A model generated the notes under the pieces. That model had not been told where the DNA came from. It made no database searches and worked only from the letters and a program-made list of their open reading frames with translations. A DNA stretch of 64,000 nucleotides from Myxococcota bacterium (GTDB taxonomy: Bacteria > Myxococcota_A > UBA9160 > UBA4427), in assembly GCA_965250285.1 (NCBI GenBank), contig OZ252299.1, positions 5,152,001 to 5,216,000 of the forward strand, read 5' to 3'. Of this stretch, positions 38,050-48,326 are shown in pieces. Position 1 is the first letter of the stretch, and each line of letters opens with the position of its first letter. The translations under genes were made by a program, and so were the position numbers.

Positions 38050-40727
38050 CGCTCGGCGTCGTCGGGTGCCGCGAGCCCGCCGAAGCGCGCAATCATCGAA
38101 GGCAGCACGACCAGGTTGCAGATCACGGTCAGCACCATGCCGATCACGAGGGTGTAGCCGAGGCTCGCGAGCCCGCGGTGCGATGACAGACCCAGGGTGC
38201 CGAAGCTGACCGTCGTCGTGAGCGCGCTGTAGAAGACCGCGCGGGCGGTCGTGCTGTCGAGCAGGTCGGCGGTGGGGTCTTCGCTCGCGCGATGCACGAG
38301 GTGCACGCCGCTGTCGACGCCGATGCCGAAGAGCAGCGGGATCACGATCACGTTGGCGAAGTTGAACGGGATGCCGAGCACCACCATCGTCGCGACGGTG
38401 AGCAACGACGACAGCACGAGCGGCGCCATGACGTAGAGCGGCGGCACGACGCGCCGCCACAGCACGAGCAGCAGGGCGAGGATGATCACGAAGGCGGCCA
38501 CGAGCGCCTCGCGGAACGAATCGCGAATCGCCTCGGCAAAGCCGACGAGGTTGATTGCGATGCCCGCCGCGTTCGGATCGACGCCCATCACCGCATGGGT
38601 GAAGCGCGCGAACGATGCGTCGTCGTTCAGGTCTTCGACCGGGAAGGTCTGCACGCGGGCCTGACCGTCTTCGGTCTGCATGCGCGCGACGAGGTCGTCG
38701 GGCAGGTCGTCGAAGCCGACCTCGCCCGCGTTCGCCGCGCGGCGCAGGCGCGCGAGCTGCTCGGGCAGACCCGAGAGCAGCACGTCGGCCAGGGCGTCGA
38801 GCGCGCGCGCCTTCTCTTCGGGCGGCGTGCCGGGCTCGTCGACCCGAGCGAGGAATCGGTCGAGGTGGTCGCGCAGCGCGACGACCGAAGCCGACAGCTC
38901 GATCTCGTCCTCGACCAGCCAGTTCTCGTCGAGGAACACGCGCAACCGGCGGAGCGCTTCGATCTGGCGTTCGGTGCCGTCGACGCCGGGTCGCTTCGGC
39001 GCGACGGGCGGAGCCTCGAGCATGTACGAGAGGTCTTCGAGGATCTCGAGCTTCTCGTCCTGATCGTTCGGGACGAAGTCGCTCAGCGTGATCGTCTGCT
39101 CGACGACGTCGAGCTCGTCGAGGCGGGCCGCGAGGGCATCGGCTGCGGCGAGGTCACCGGCCACCGAGTTGACGAACCACGGCGATGCGACGCCGGTCTG
39201 GGCGAGCAGGTCGTCGAACGCCTGCACCGACTCGGTGGTCGGGTCGCGCATCTTGATCACGTTGGTGTCGAAGCGAGCGCGCGGCAGCAGCGTGAGCGCC
39301 GCGATGCCCGCCAGCGCTGCGATCGCGAGGACCGTGCCGCTCGCCTTTCGGTCGAAGCGCCACCACTCGCTGCTGAAGTGCAGCGGGCGACCGAGTTCAC
39401 GCTCGGGGTCGACGCGGAACACGACGGTCAGCAGAGCGGGGAACAGGGTCAGGGTGAGGGCGAAGATCACGAACATGCCCGTGCCCGCGATCAGGCCGAG
39501 CTCGGCGACACCGGTGAAGTCGGTCGGGACGAAGACGTAGAAGCCGATGGCCGTCGTCACCGTGCAGACGCCGAGCGATGGCCCGACCTTCGCCGCTGCA
39601 TCGATCATGGCCGATTCGCGGGGTTCGCCGCGGCGCAGCAGGTCGGCGTAGGCCATGCCGAGGTGGATCGCGAAGTCGACCCCGAGACCGATGAAGAGCA
39701 CGCCGAAGGCCAGTGACACCAGGCTCAGGTCGCCCACGGCGAGCGTGGCGAACGCACCGGTCCAGACGAGGCCAGCGAGGAGCGTCACGATGGCGGCGGC
39801 GACGAGGCGAATGCTGCGGAAGGCCCGCGCGAGGACCGCCGCGACGATGAAGAAGCACACCGCCCCGCCGAGACCGATGTCCCAGGCGAAGCCGATGAGC
39901 TCCTCGTGGTTGAGCACCGGGTTGCCGGTCACGCGCACCGTCACGCCCCGCTCGGGCGAGAGCTGCAGCCCCCGCACGATGGCTCGGATCTCTGCGAGCA
40001 CGGGCCCAGATGGCAGCAGCAGGTCGAAGTCGAGCACCGGGTGCACGACCAGGACGCGTCGCCCGCTCGTGTCGATCGCCGAGTCGGCGAGCATCATCTC
40101 TTCCCACGAAACCGCCAGCGGGAACTCGTTGTACACCTCGACCGTCGCGCGACCGAGCGAGTCGAGGATGCGCGACCACTCGGCGGGGTCGATGTCGCCC
40201 TGGCCCTCGTGCATGGCGTCGAGCCCGTCCGAGATCGAGCGGGTGAGGGTCTCGATGCCCGGATCCCGCTCGAGCTCGGCGAGCAGGGGCTGCATGCGCG
40301 CCATCTGATCGGCGAACAGGTCGAGCTCGTCCACGTCGCGGTAGAGCAGACCGTGCACCTCGAAGAAGTCGCTCGAGCCCGTCTCGTAGGCGTCCTCGAA
40401 GTACTCGGGGCGCTCGAGCATCTGCGCCTCGAGCGCGCGGGCTGAGTCGCGTGCGAGCTCGGGGGTCTCGGCGTCGACCACGACGAGAAAGGCGTACTCG
40501 AGGTCGGGAAAGCGCTCGGCGAAGGCCTCGTAGTTTCTGCGCGAGGCGAGATCGGTCGACACGTTGCTGACGACGTCGCTGTTGACGCCCAGGTTCGCGG
40601 CGATGTACCAGCCGAAGCCCAGCGTCAGCACGGCACACGTCGCAATGACCGCCCACGCAGAGCTCTGCGCGGTGCGCACGCCGATCGAGACGAGTCGTGC
40701 GAGCCAGCGTTCGACGTAGTCGTTCAA
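38046..40727 (-). CDS. MMPL/RND transporter, HpnN-like
   Basis: Two RND halves: GLGVDFAIH and GIGVDSGVH, TTAIGF, AELGLIAG; TTG start inferred. Confidence 0.88.
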   Translation of the reverse strand: MNDYVERWLARLVSIGVRTAQSSAWAVIATCAVLTLGFGWYIAANLGVNSDVVSNVSTDLASRRNYEAFAERFPDLEYAFLVVVDAETPELARDSARALEAQMLERPEYFEDAYETGSSDFFEVHGLLYRDVDELDLFADQMARMQPLLAELERDPGIETLTRSISDGLDAMHEGQGDIDPAEWSRILDSLGRATVEVYNEFPLAVSWEEMMLADSAIDTSGRRVLVVHPVLDFDLLLPSGPVLAEIRAIVRGLQLSPERGVTVRVTGNPVLNHEELIGFAWDIGLGGAVCFFIVAAVLARAFRSIRLVAAAIVTLLAGLVWTGAFATLAVGDLSLVSLAFGVLFIGLGVDFAIHLGMAYADLLRRGEPRESAMIDAAAKVGPSLGVCTVTTAIGFYVFVPTDFTGVAELGLIAGTGMFVIFALTLTLFPALLTVVFRVDPERELGRPLHFSSEWWRFDRKASGTVLAIAALAGIAALTLLPRARFDTNVIKMRDPTTESVQAFDDLLAQTGVASPWFVNSVAGDLAAADALAARLDELDVVEQTITLSDFVPNDQDEKLEILEDLSYMLEAPPVAPKRPGVDGTERQIEALRRLRVFLDENWLVEDEIELSASVVALRDHLDRFLARVDEPGTPPEEKARALDALADVLLSGLPEQLARLRRAANAGEVGFDDLPDDLVARMQTEDGQARVQTFPVEDLNDDASFARFTHAVMGVDPNAAGIAINLVGFAEAIRDSFREALVAAFVIILALLLVLWRRVVPPLYVMAPLVLSSLLTVATMVVLGIPFNFANVIVIPLLFGIGVDSGVHLVHRASEDPTADLLDSTTARAVFYSALTTTVSFGTLGLSSHRGLASLGYTLVIGMVLTVICNLVVLPSMIARFGGLAAPDDAER

Positions 40728-40914
40728 GCGCGATCCCCATGCGGCGCGGACAGGCCGCGCGTTCGCGGGCGGCCGGGTGCGCTCCGGGCGGGAGCTTAGG
40801 CGATGGAGCGTTGGCCGTGTGGGCGGGGCGCAGCCAGTGTGCGACGTCCGAGGGTCGGGCGTCGCATGGCGCCCGGGGTTCCGATCGTGGGCCGGATGGT
40901 GCGCTGTCGCGGGC

Positions 40915-42396
40915 TCAGGGGGCGCTCGTGTCGGTGCCGTCTCCCGCCTTCTTCTCGGCCGGCGGAGCGTCGCTCTGGGCGCTCGGGTTCTCGTCGACGC
41001 CCTCGCCCTCGAGATAGCCGAGCGCGCGGAGGTGTTCGACCATCGCTTCTTCGGAGCCGCTGGCTCGGGCCTCGAGACGCTCGACCTCGAGGTCATCGTG
41101 GCTGGCGATGGCGTTCGGGGCGTCGATGTGGACGAAGGCCATCGGTTCGCCCTTCATGTCGGCGCCGGGCGGGATCCCCATCCACGCGAGAATGGTGGGC
41201 GCCACGCCGAACACCGACACCTTGCCGGGCGACGAGCCCGGCACGATGCCCGGCCCCTTCGCGTAGATCACGCCCTGGATCGCATCGGCCGTATCGTGGC
41301 CGCCGGTCAGCAGCATCATCGAGACCTTGGCCTCGAAGCCGTGATCAGAAACGATCATGATCAGATCGTCGCCGTCGGCGGCGCGCATCAGCCGACCGAG
41401 CAGCTGGTCGGTGTACGCGTAGTAGTTGAAGAGTGCGGCGGCTCCGGCGCGGCGCTCGGCGTCGGTCGGCCGCAGCTCGGCCGGGTACTTCTCGGGCGGC
41501 TCGATCATGCCCCAGAGCCAGTGGCTCACGCGATCGATGCCCGGCAGGAAGACCATGGTCAGATCGGGTGAGTATGTCTCTTCGACCGCGAGCGCGACCC
41601 GCGTGATCTGCATGTCGGTGTGATAGAAGTCGGAGAGCAGCGGCTGGTCGACCCAGTTCGGCAACGCCTCGGCGTTCGCGAACGGGTTGCGGGCCGGCAC
41701 CAGCCGATCATCGGCCGTGCGCGCGAACTCGGCGTCGTCGGCCCACTCTTCGGGATACACCTGCGAGCCGCGTACTTCGTCACCGTCAGTGAAGGTGCGG
41801 CGGATCATCGCGCTCTGCTTCGGGAAGAAGTGGTCCGAGACCATCACACCATCGATGATCTCGGGCGGGTAGGTCGTCCACCAGTTCACGACGCCGACGC
41901 TGCGACCGGCCGCCGAGGCGATGTTCCAGATCGCGGGCACGAGTCGGTGAGAGCTCAGGTACAGGTTCTTCTGCCCTTCTTCGTCCTTGTGCGCGAAAGC
42001 CGTGATGCCGTGTTCGTTGGGCACCTTGCCGGTCGCGATCGTGTTCCAGATGCGAGGCGAGAAGATCGGGAAGTCGGAGCGCAGCGGGCCGAAGGCCCCT
42101 TCACGAGCGACACGGGCCAGGTTCGGCAGGCGCCCCTTGCGCATGAGCGGGATCGTCACCTTCGGCGACGCACCGTCGATGCCGAAGAGGAATACGCGGC
42201 GCCGCCCGTCGCCCGGGCGCAGGCCGGGCACCGCGCCGGTTCCACCCGCTGCGCGCGGGCCGGTCGCTTCACCGGCGTCCTCGTCTCTCGAACCCGTCTC
42301 GCTGCACGCGAGCCCGAATGCCGTGATCGCGCTGGCGCTCAAGGCAATCACCCAGCGGCTCATCGCGGCGACCGCGGCCCGTCGGCGTTCAGTCAT
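40915..42396 (-). CDS. Alkaline-phosphatase-superfamily (nucleotide pyrophosphatase/phosphodiesterase-like) lipoprotein
   Basis: Lipobox GLAC; IDGAS, SPRIWNTIATG, IDRVSH, SDHGF; C-terminal LRALGY. Confidence 0.88.
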   Translation of the reverse strand: MTERRRAAVAAMSRWVIALSASAITAFGLACSETGSRDEDAGEATGPRAAGGTGAVPGLRPGDGRRRVFLFGIDGASPKVTIPLMRKGRLPNLARVAREGAFGPLRSDFPIFSPRIWNTIATGKVPNEHGITAFAHKDEEGQKNLYLSSHRLVPAIWNIASAAGRSVGVVNWWTTYPPEIIDGVMVSDHFFPKQSAMIRRTFTDGDEVRGSQVYPEEWADDAEFARTADDRLVPARNPFANAEALPNWVDQPLLSDFYHTDMQITRVALAVEETYSPDLTMVFLPGIDRVSHWLWGMIEPPEKYPAELRPTDAERRAGAAALFNYYAYTDQLLGRLMRAADGDDLIMIVSDHGFEAKVSMMLLTGGHDTADAIQGVIYAKGPGIVPGSSPGKVSVFGVAPTILAWMGIPPGADMKGEPMAFVHIDAPNAIASHDDLEVERLEARASGSEEAMVEHLRALGYLEGEGVDENPSAQSDAPPAEKKAGDGTDTSAP

Positions 42397-43726
42397 CTTC
42401 GATGTATCCCAGGCTGCGCAGTCGTTCGACGAGCTCTTCTTCGGCACCCGATGCCGCGAAGGGCAGCCGCTCGATCTCGGTCGTGTCATAGCTCGCGATC
42501 TGCTCGCGTTCCTGCAGCAGGGGCGGCGTGAGGAAGGGGGCGGCATGGCCCTGCATGTCGAGCGCCTCGGGCAGGCCCCACCAGGCCAGAATCGTCGGCG
42601 TCACGTCGGCGACGGTGAGCCCCTCGATGCGGGTGCCCGGCTCGATGCCCCGCCCGCGCGCGAAGAAGACGCCGTCGATCGAGGCCTCGCCCTTGTGTGC
42701 TCCGGTGAGCAGGCCCATGCCTCGGCCGGCCTCGAAGCCGTGGTCGGACAGGACGATCACCAGATCGTCCGGCCCCATGCGCTCGACGAGCAGGCCGACG
42801 AGGGCATCGTTGAACTCGTAGTAGCGCTCCAGGGCCGCGCGCGCAGCCGCCTGCTCTTCGGGCGTGATGTGCAGCTCTTCGTCATAGAGGCTCATGTCCT
42901 CCATCGCGCTCCACAAGAAGTGCGAGACGCGGTCGATGCCGGGCAGCAGCACCATCATCAGATCGGGATCGATCGAACGCTGCACCTCGAGGGCGATGCG
43001 CGCGAGCGCTTCGTCCTCGTCGAATCGCCGAGGCAGGCTCTGGCCAGCGAGCGCGTAGTACGTCGGCAGGGCCGGGTTGTTGCGGAGCGGGTTCTCGAAG
43101 CGCGTGAGTCTCGGCTGATCGCCCTCGGTCGCGCGAAGCAGCCGGTCGTGCCAGGCCTCGGGGTAGACGACCGGCCCGGCGGGTACCTCGTCGGCATCGG
43201 TGAGGCTGAGGCGTCCACGCACCTGCTGTGCGAGCAGATGATCCGAGACCATGACGCCTTCGACGACCTCGGGTGGATAGGTGTTCCAGAAGTTGATGAC
43301 GCCGACGCTCATGCCGAGGCCCGACGCAATGTTCCAGAGTGCGTGCACCCTTCGGTCGGTCGAGAGGTAGAGCGAGCGCGAACCATCCGCGGCGCGCGGC
43401 TTCGCGAACGAGTGGATGCCGTGGTGCTCGGGGAGCTTGCCCGAAGCGACCGTGTTCCAGATGCGCGGCGACTCGATCGGCTCGATGCTGCGGATCGTGC
43501 CCCGTACGCCGTGCGCGGCCAGATCGGCGAGGTAGGGCAGGCGACCCGCGTCGATCATCGGATCGACGAGCCGCGGCGACGCACCGTCGAGGCCGATCAC
43601 GAGCACCCGGCCTCGTTCGCTCGAGGCGTCGTCCTCCGCGCCCGGGCAGCCGGCGGCCCCCAGCACGAGGCAGGCCAGCGGGAGCCAGTGCGCGCATCGG
43701 CGCAGGATCGGGACGAGCCGGCTCAA
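42389..43726 (-). CDS. Alkaline-phosphatase-superfamily lipoprotein (tandem paralog)
   Basis: TTG start overlapping upstream TGA; lipobox AAGC; LDGAS, SPRIWNTVASG, IDRVSH, SDHGF; C-terminal LRSLGY. Confidence 0.88.
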   Translation of the reverse strand: MSRLVPILRRCAHWLPLACLVLGAAGCPGAEDDASSERGRVLVIGLDGASPRLVDPMIDAGRLPYLADLAAHGVRGTIRSIEPIESPRIWNTVASGKLPEHHGIHSFAKPRAADGSRSLYLSTDRRVHALWNIASGLGMSVGVINFWNTYPPEVVEGVMVSDHLLAQQVRGRLSLTDADEVPAGPVVYPEAWHDRLLRATEGDQPRLTRFENPLRNNPALPTYYALAGQSLPRRFDEDEALARIALEVQRSIDPDLMMVLLPGIDRVSHFLWSAMEDMSLYDEELHITPEEQAAARAALERYYEFNDALVGLLVERMGPDDLVIVLSDHGFEAGRGMGLLTGAHKGEASIDGVFFARGRGIEPGTRIEGLTVADVTPTILAWWGLPEALDMQGHAAPFLTPPLLQEREQIASYDTTEIERLPFAASGAEEELVERLRSLGYIEDD

Positions 43727-44775
43727 GCGGTCTCCGATGCGGGCAGCGCCCGGGCGATCACGCGTTGGTTCGAAGTCTCGAGGCCGAGCTTCGTTCGCGC
43801 GACGTCCATCATGACGGCGAGACCGAGCAGCAGCGGGTTCTGAAAGTTGACGAATCGGCAGAGCCAGTCGGGTGCGCCCTTGTCCTTCAGCCAGTTCTGG
43901 TTCGAGATGATCCAGGAGGAGGTGCTGATCAGGCACTCGCTGACGACGATCTCGAAGCCGCGCGTCTCGAGCATGCGTCGGAGCGACGCCATCGAGAAGA
44001 GGTTCCAGTGCCGAGGAAAGTGATAGTGCCCCCAGTATCGGCCCTCGAACAGCGCGTAGTCGAGGCCTGCGAGGTTCGGTGTCTCGATCACGAACACACC
44101 GCCCGGCTTGAGGAGACGGTGCACCTGCTCGCACACGACTGCCGGGTCTTCGACGTGCTCGATCAGCTGCAGCATGACGACGCAGTCGAAGCGGCCGCGC
44201 TGGTCGGGCTGGTCCGCGAAATCCTCGACACGCTCCGCGTGGGCTTCGAAACCCATCTGACGGCACTTCTCGATCGCGCCGGCGTCGAACTCGAGCCCGA
44301 CCATCTGCCATTCGGGTGCACCGAAGTCGCGCAGCAGGGAGAGGAATCGGCCGTCGCCGCAGCCGACATCGAGCAGCGTGCGCGGCCCATCGCCCACCCA
44401 CTCTCGATAGAGCTCGACCTTGCCACTCTCCCACCAACGCTGCGCCTTTGTGACGAGCGCATTCGTGGTACCCAGGAACGAGTAGTAGTTCGAGGGATAG
44501 ATCACGTCGAGGTCGCCGACGTTCGGTCGCGGACTCAGATAGACGTGACCGCAGGCGGCGCAGCGCACGAACGTGAAGCGGTTCGACGCGGTGTCGTACT
44601 CGAAGTCGCGGCCCTCGGCGACGACCTGTGCCTCGTTCGAACCACACATCGCGCAGTGCTGTTCGACGAGGTCGAGCATCGGGGCCGCGGCATCGCTCGC
44701 GGCGGCCCTCTGCGCGGTCGCGGTGCGCGCGGGAGACTCGGGGGGCACGTGGGTTTCGTCTTCCGCGCTGTTCAC
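43723..44775 (-). CDS. Class I SAM-dependent methyltransferase with Zn-ribbon
   Basis: CAMC...CAAC, LLDVGCGDG, LIEHVEDP, LKPGG, FPRH; GTGA overlap. Confidence 0.9.
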   Translation of the reverse strand: MNSAEDETHVPPESPARTATAQRAAASDAAAPMLDLVEQHCAMCGSNEAQVVAEGRDFEYDTASNRFTFVRCAACGHVYLSPRPNVGDLDVIYPSNYYSFLGTTNALVTKAQRWWESGKVELYREWVGDGPRTLLDVGCGDGRFLSLLRDFGAPEWQMVGLEFDAGAIEKCRQMGFEAHAERVEDFADQPDQRGRFDCVVMLQLIEHVEDPAVVCEQVHRLLKPGGVFVIETPNLAGLDYALFEGRYWGHYHFPRHWNLFSMASLRRMLETRGFEIVVSECLISTSSWIISNQNWLKDKGAPDWLCRFVNFQNPLLLGLAVMMDVARTKLGLETSNQRVIARALPASETA

Positions 44776-45647
44776 GACCGGTCGGCTGGCGCGACAGGGG
44801 TGTCGGCGGCGGGTGCGTCGGCGATCAGACCGGCCGCGGCGAGGTTCTCCTGCGAGGGGAAGCTGCGACCCCCGAAGACGCGGTGCTCGATCGGGACGTT
44901 GCGCTCGACGAGGAAGTCGCGCTTGGCGGTGAACGTCTGCAGGTAGCGATGCCAGGGGATGCCCGGCCAGAGGTGGTGGATCGCGTGGTAGTTGTGCTGG
45001 AGCACGATCGGGGTGAGCCAACCGACGTCGACGATGCGTGTCCCGAGGTAGCGGTGCGACGGCAGACCGGCATGGGGCAGATAGTTCACGTACCAGTCCA
45101 TGATGATCTTCGAGATCACGAGGGGGACGAGCCAGAGGCCGATCAATGCCAGGCCGTGTCCCGTTGCGATCGCGGCGATCCAGATGCCGACGATCACGAG
45201 TGTGACGATCAGATCGGAGCGACGCTGGTTCTCGGTGCGCGGATCGTCGGCCAGCTTGTCCTTCGCGTACGCGATTGCGCGAACGTACCGAAGCGGAAGC
45301 TGCCAGAACGGTCCGTCGGCATAGATCAGGTTCGGGTCTTCGCCGGCCACGTTCAGATACTTGTGATGATCGAGATGCACCGAGCGCTGGAGAAAGTACG
45401 GCGTGACGTAGGGAAGCATGCCCAGTACGCCGACGACGTTGTTCACCATGCGATTGCGAGACACGTTGCCGTGCGCGGCCTCGTGCCAGATCGTGAATGC
45501 GAAGTGGATCGGGATGATGCCGATCAGCGCATGCAGCCAGAGTGGACCGGGGTGTCGACCGAAGAGGTAGATCACGATGTTGCCGACGAAGAGGGCCCAC
45601 TGGGCGCCGAGCAACCAGAGCGTGCCGACATCGAGGCCGCGGCTCAC
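44772..45647 (-). CDS. Membrane fatty-acid desaturase / hydroxylase family protein
   Basis: His boxes HEAAH, HLDHH, HAIHH; YLPH; start uncertain. Confidence 0.9.
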   Translation of the reverse strand: MSRGLDVGTLWLLGAQWALFVGNIVIYLFGRHPGPLWLHALIGIIPIHFAFTIWHEAAHGNVSRNRMVNNVVGVLGMLPYVTPYFLQRSVHLDHHKYLNVAGEDPNLIYADGPFWQLPLRYVRAIAYAKDKLADDPRTENQRRSDLIVTLVIVGIWIAAIATGHGLALIGLWLVPLVISKIIMDWYVNYLPHAGLPSHRYLGTRIVDVGWLTPIVLQHNYHAIHHLWPGIPWHRYLQTFTAKRDFLVERNVPIEHRVFGGRSFPSQENLAAAGLIADAPAADTPVAPADRS

Positions 45648-45972
45648 GGCACGGTGCGGGACTCGCTCGAGGGGTTGTCGGGTGCGGTGGACATGGCGAC
45701 GGGGGGTGCGCTCCGCGGGGTTTCGGATCGGCCAGTCGACGCCGCGGAAGGGCCGGTCGAGGCCGCTCCGGCCCGGCCGGGCGATGCGATAAGCTACCGG
45801 AGTTCGAAGGTTTACGTCAATTTCCCTCCCCGCTCGGGCCGTCGCTCGAGTCTCGCGGCGGCGGAACGAGCCGCACGTCGCGGAGGGGCCGATTGCCCTG
45901 ACCCGTCGATGGGCCACCCGCTGGTGAGCGCGTGAAGAGAAGAGCCCGAGGCGGGCGCTAGGTGAGCGCAAG

Positions 45973-48279
45973 GTGAGCGCAACCGGCAGCACATCGGCAA
46001 ATGAGGCCCCGGCCTCCCCGAACCGAGACACGTCCGTCTGGGCGCTCGTGCTCGTCTTCGTCCTGAGCCTGCTCTTCCAGGTCCCGATGGTGGACCGCTG
46101 GTTCAACTTCATGGACGAAGGCCACATGGTCCAGTACGCCCAGATGGGGGCGGATGGCTACCAGTTCTATCGCGACGTCACGTTCTACCCGTTGCCCGGC
46201 TCGTTCTGGTTGCTCGCCCTGATCTTCAAGGTCTTCGAGCCGAGCGTGATCCTCACCCGTTGGATCGTCGCGCTGCAGTTCTCGGCCTTCGTAACGCTTC
46301 TCTACGTGCTGTGCCGGCGCGTCGCATCGGTGCGCGTCGCAGCGATCAGCGTCTTCGCGCTGCTGCTCTACCGCATCTGGGCGTTCCCGCACTGGCAGAT
46401 GTACAGCTACTCGACGACGTGTCTGTTGCTGATCGTCGTCTGCTTGCTCTTGATGCTCCGGTTCTTCGATACCGGCGAGACCCGGCGGCTCGGCATTGCG
46501 GGTTTCGTCTTCGGCCTGGCGGTGCTCGCCAAGCAGGATTACTCGGCCGGCTTCATGCTGGCCGCGGTGCCGCTGCTCTTGATCTGGAACGGTACGGCAC
46601 CGGCCGGCGCCCGACGCTCGACGCTCTCGCTGCTCGGTTGGTTCTATGGTCCCGCTGCCGTCGTCGGCGCGCTGACGGGGCTCTACTACCTCGCGCAGGG
46701 CATCCTGCCCGATCTGCTCCAGTTCACGGTCTTCAACCACTTCACGGGCATGTCGACGTACGAGTACACGTCGTTCCCGTCCTTCTTTCCACTCGTGCAC
46801 GACGTCACCGATGCGAACGCGGATGGCTGGATGACCTGGTTACAGGATCCGCGGCTGCGCGAACGGTTGGCACGGGCCACCTATGCCCCCGGCGTCTTGT
46901 TCACCGTCGACTGGCCAGTCGTGCGAAACCACCCGCTCTACCTGAACACGCCGATCTACGACGTGACCATGAAGCTCTACTACTACCTGCCGCCGATCTT
47001 CACAGCGGGGTTTCTCGTCTCGCTCTGGCGTCGGCGATCGGCGTTGAACGCGCCGCTCGAAGATCCCGCGCGGCGCGCCTTCCTGGCCGAATGCGGCATC
47101 GCGGGGAGCGCCGCCGGCCTGCTGCTGCTGGTCTGGGCGAACAAGCCGCAGGACTACCTGCATCTCGCGGTGCTCTATTGGCCGCTGATCCTGCTGCTCG
47201 CGATCCACTCGGCCCGGCTCGTACGCCAGCGTCCGCGGGTCGCGGCCGCGATCGCCATCGTGCTCGCTCTGCCGATGCTCGTGGGGCTCGCGTACTCGGC
47301 GCGCATCATGTACCGCCTGCGCTCGATTCACGACACCGAGGTTCGGATCGACCGTGCGGGCTATGCAGTGCGGCCCTACGAAGCCGAGATCCTCGAGAAC
47401 GTCGTCGCGTACATCCACGAGCACGTCGAGCCGGGCGAGCGCGTGGCAGCGCTGCCGTACTTTCCGATCCTCAACTTTCTGGCCGACCGCGACGGACCGC
47501 ATCGGGCGGCGTACATCCTCTGGCCCTTTCCCGAGATCGAGGAGCGTGATCAGCGGGTCATCGAGGGCATGGAGGAGACCGGCACCGACGTCGTGATCTG
47601 GCACTTCACTCAGTTCGAGAGCTTCCCGCCGGTCTGGGAGTACGCACCCGAGGTGTTCGACTACCTCGTCGATCACTTCGTGATCGACGAGGTCTTCAGC
47701 TACGACAAGTGGCGCTACAAGCTCGCGGGTCTGCGCCGCGAAGACCCGGCAGACGAAGAACGGCGGGGCGTCGCCCTGGTCGCGCCCGATCAGTCCAACG
47801 TCTCGCTCGCGCTCGAGGGGGCAGGGCCGATCGTGCCCGTGGCGCCCGGCGATCGCGACGCGATGCTGCAGCGCACCGTATGGCCCTTCCGCCGCGTGCT
47901 CTCCGTACGTCCGACGTCGAGCGGCGAGCGCACCGTGATGCGCGTACGACATCGGGTGAGCGACGAAGGTGAGCTTCTGACCAGCGCCGTGGCCGTGCAT
48001 CCACAGAGCTGGTTTCGACTGCCGCCGTCGTGGAGCGACTTCGAGCTCTACGTCGAACACGCCGGCGAACGGACGCCTGTCTTCGATCAGCGACTCGACC
48101 CGACCGCCGAGCTCGGCGATCGGCGCTGGTTCGAGTTCGAGGTCGACCTCTCGCCCTGGGCCGGCGAAGACATCGACCTGCTCTTCGTGAACGAGGTCGA
48201 GCGACCCCAAGGGGAGTTGCTGATGATGGCCGGGTGGTGGGAGCCGCGTGTTCGACCGGCGCCGCCGCACGACTCATGA
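45973..48279 (+). CDS. GT-C (ArnT/PMT-like) glycosyltransferase with C-terminal soluble domain
   Basis: MDEGH first-loop motif, YPLPG, many TMs, AKQD, soluble C-terminus. Confidence 0.8.
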   Translation: MSATGSTSANEAPASPNRDTSVWALVLVFVLSLLFQVPMVDRWFNFMDEGHMVQYAQMGADGYQFYRDVTFYPLPGSFWLLALIFKVFEPSVILTRWIVALQFSAFVTLLYVLCRRVASVRVAAISVFALLLYRIWAFPHWQMYSYSTTCLLLIVVCLLLMLRFFDTGETRRLGIAGFVFGLAVLAKQDYSAGFMLAAVPLLLIWNGTAPAGARRSTLSLLGWFYGPAAVVGALTGLYYLAQGILPDLLQFTVFNHFTGMSTYEYTSFPSFFPLVHDVTDANADGWMTWLQDPRLRERLARATYAPGVLFTVDWPVVRNHPLYLNTPIYDVTMKLYYYLPPIFTAGFLVSLWRRRSALNAPLEDPARRAFLAECGIAGSAAGLLLLVWANKPQDYLHLAVLYWPLILLLAIHSARLVRQRPRVAAAIAIVLALPMLVGLAYSARIMYRLRSIHDTEVRIDRAGYAVRPYEAEILENVVAYIHEHVEPGERVAALPYFPILNFLADRDGPHRAAYILWPFPEIEERDQRVIEGMEETGTDVVIWHFTQFESFPPVWEYAPEVFDYLVDHFVIDEVFSYDKWRYKLAGLRREDPADEERRGVALVAPDQSNVSLALEGAGPIVPVAPGDRDAMLQRTVWPFRRVLSVRPTSSGERTVMRVRHRVSDEGELLTSAVAVHPQSWFRLPPSWSDFELYVEHAGERTPVFDQRLDPTAELGDRRWFEFEVDLSPWAGEDIDLLFVNEVERPQGELLMMAGWWEPRVRPAPPHDS

Positions 48280-48326
48280 GCCGCGATCGCCGGTGACGCC
48301 GGGGGACGCGCCGCGAAGGGCGATTC

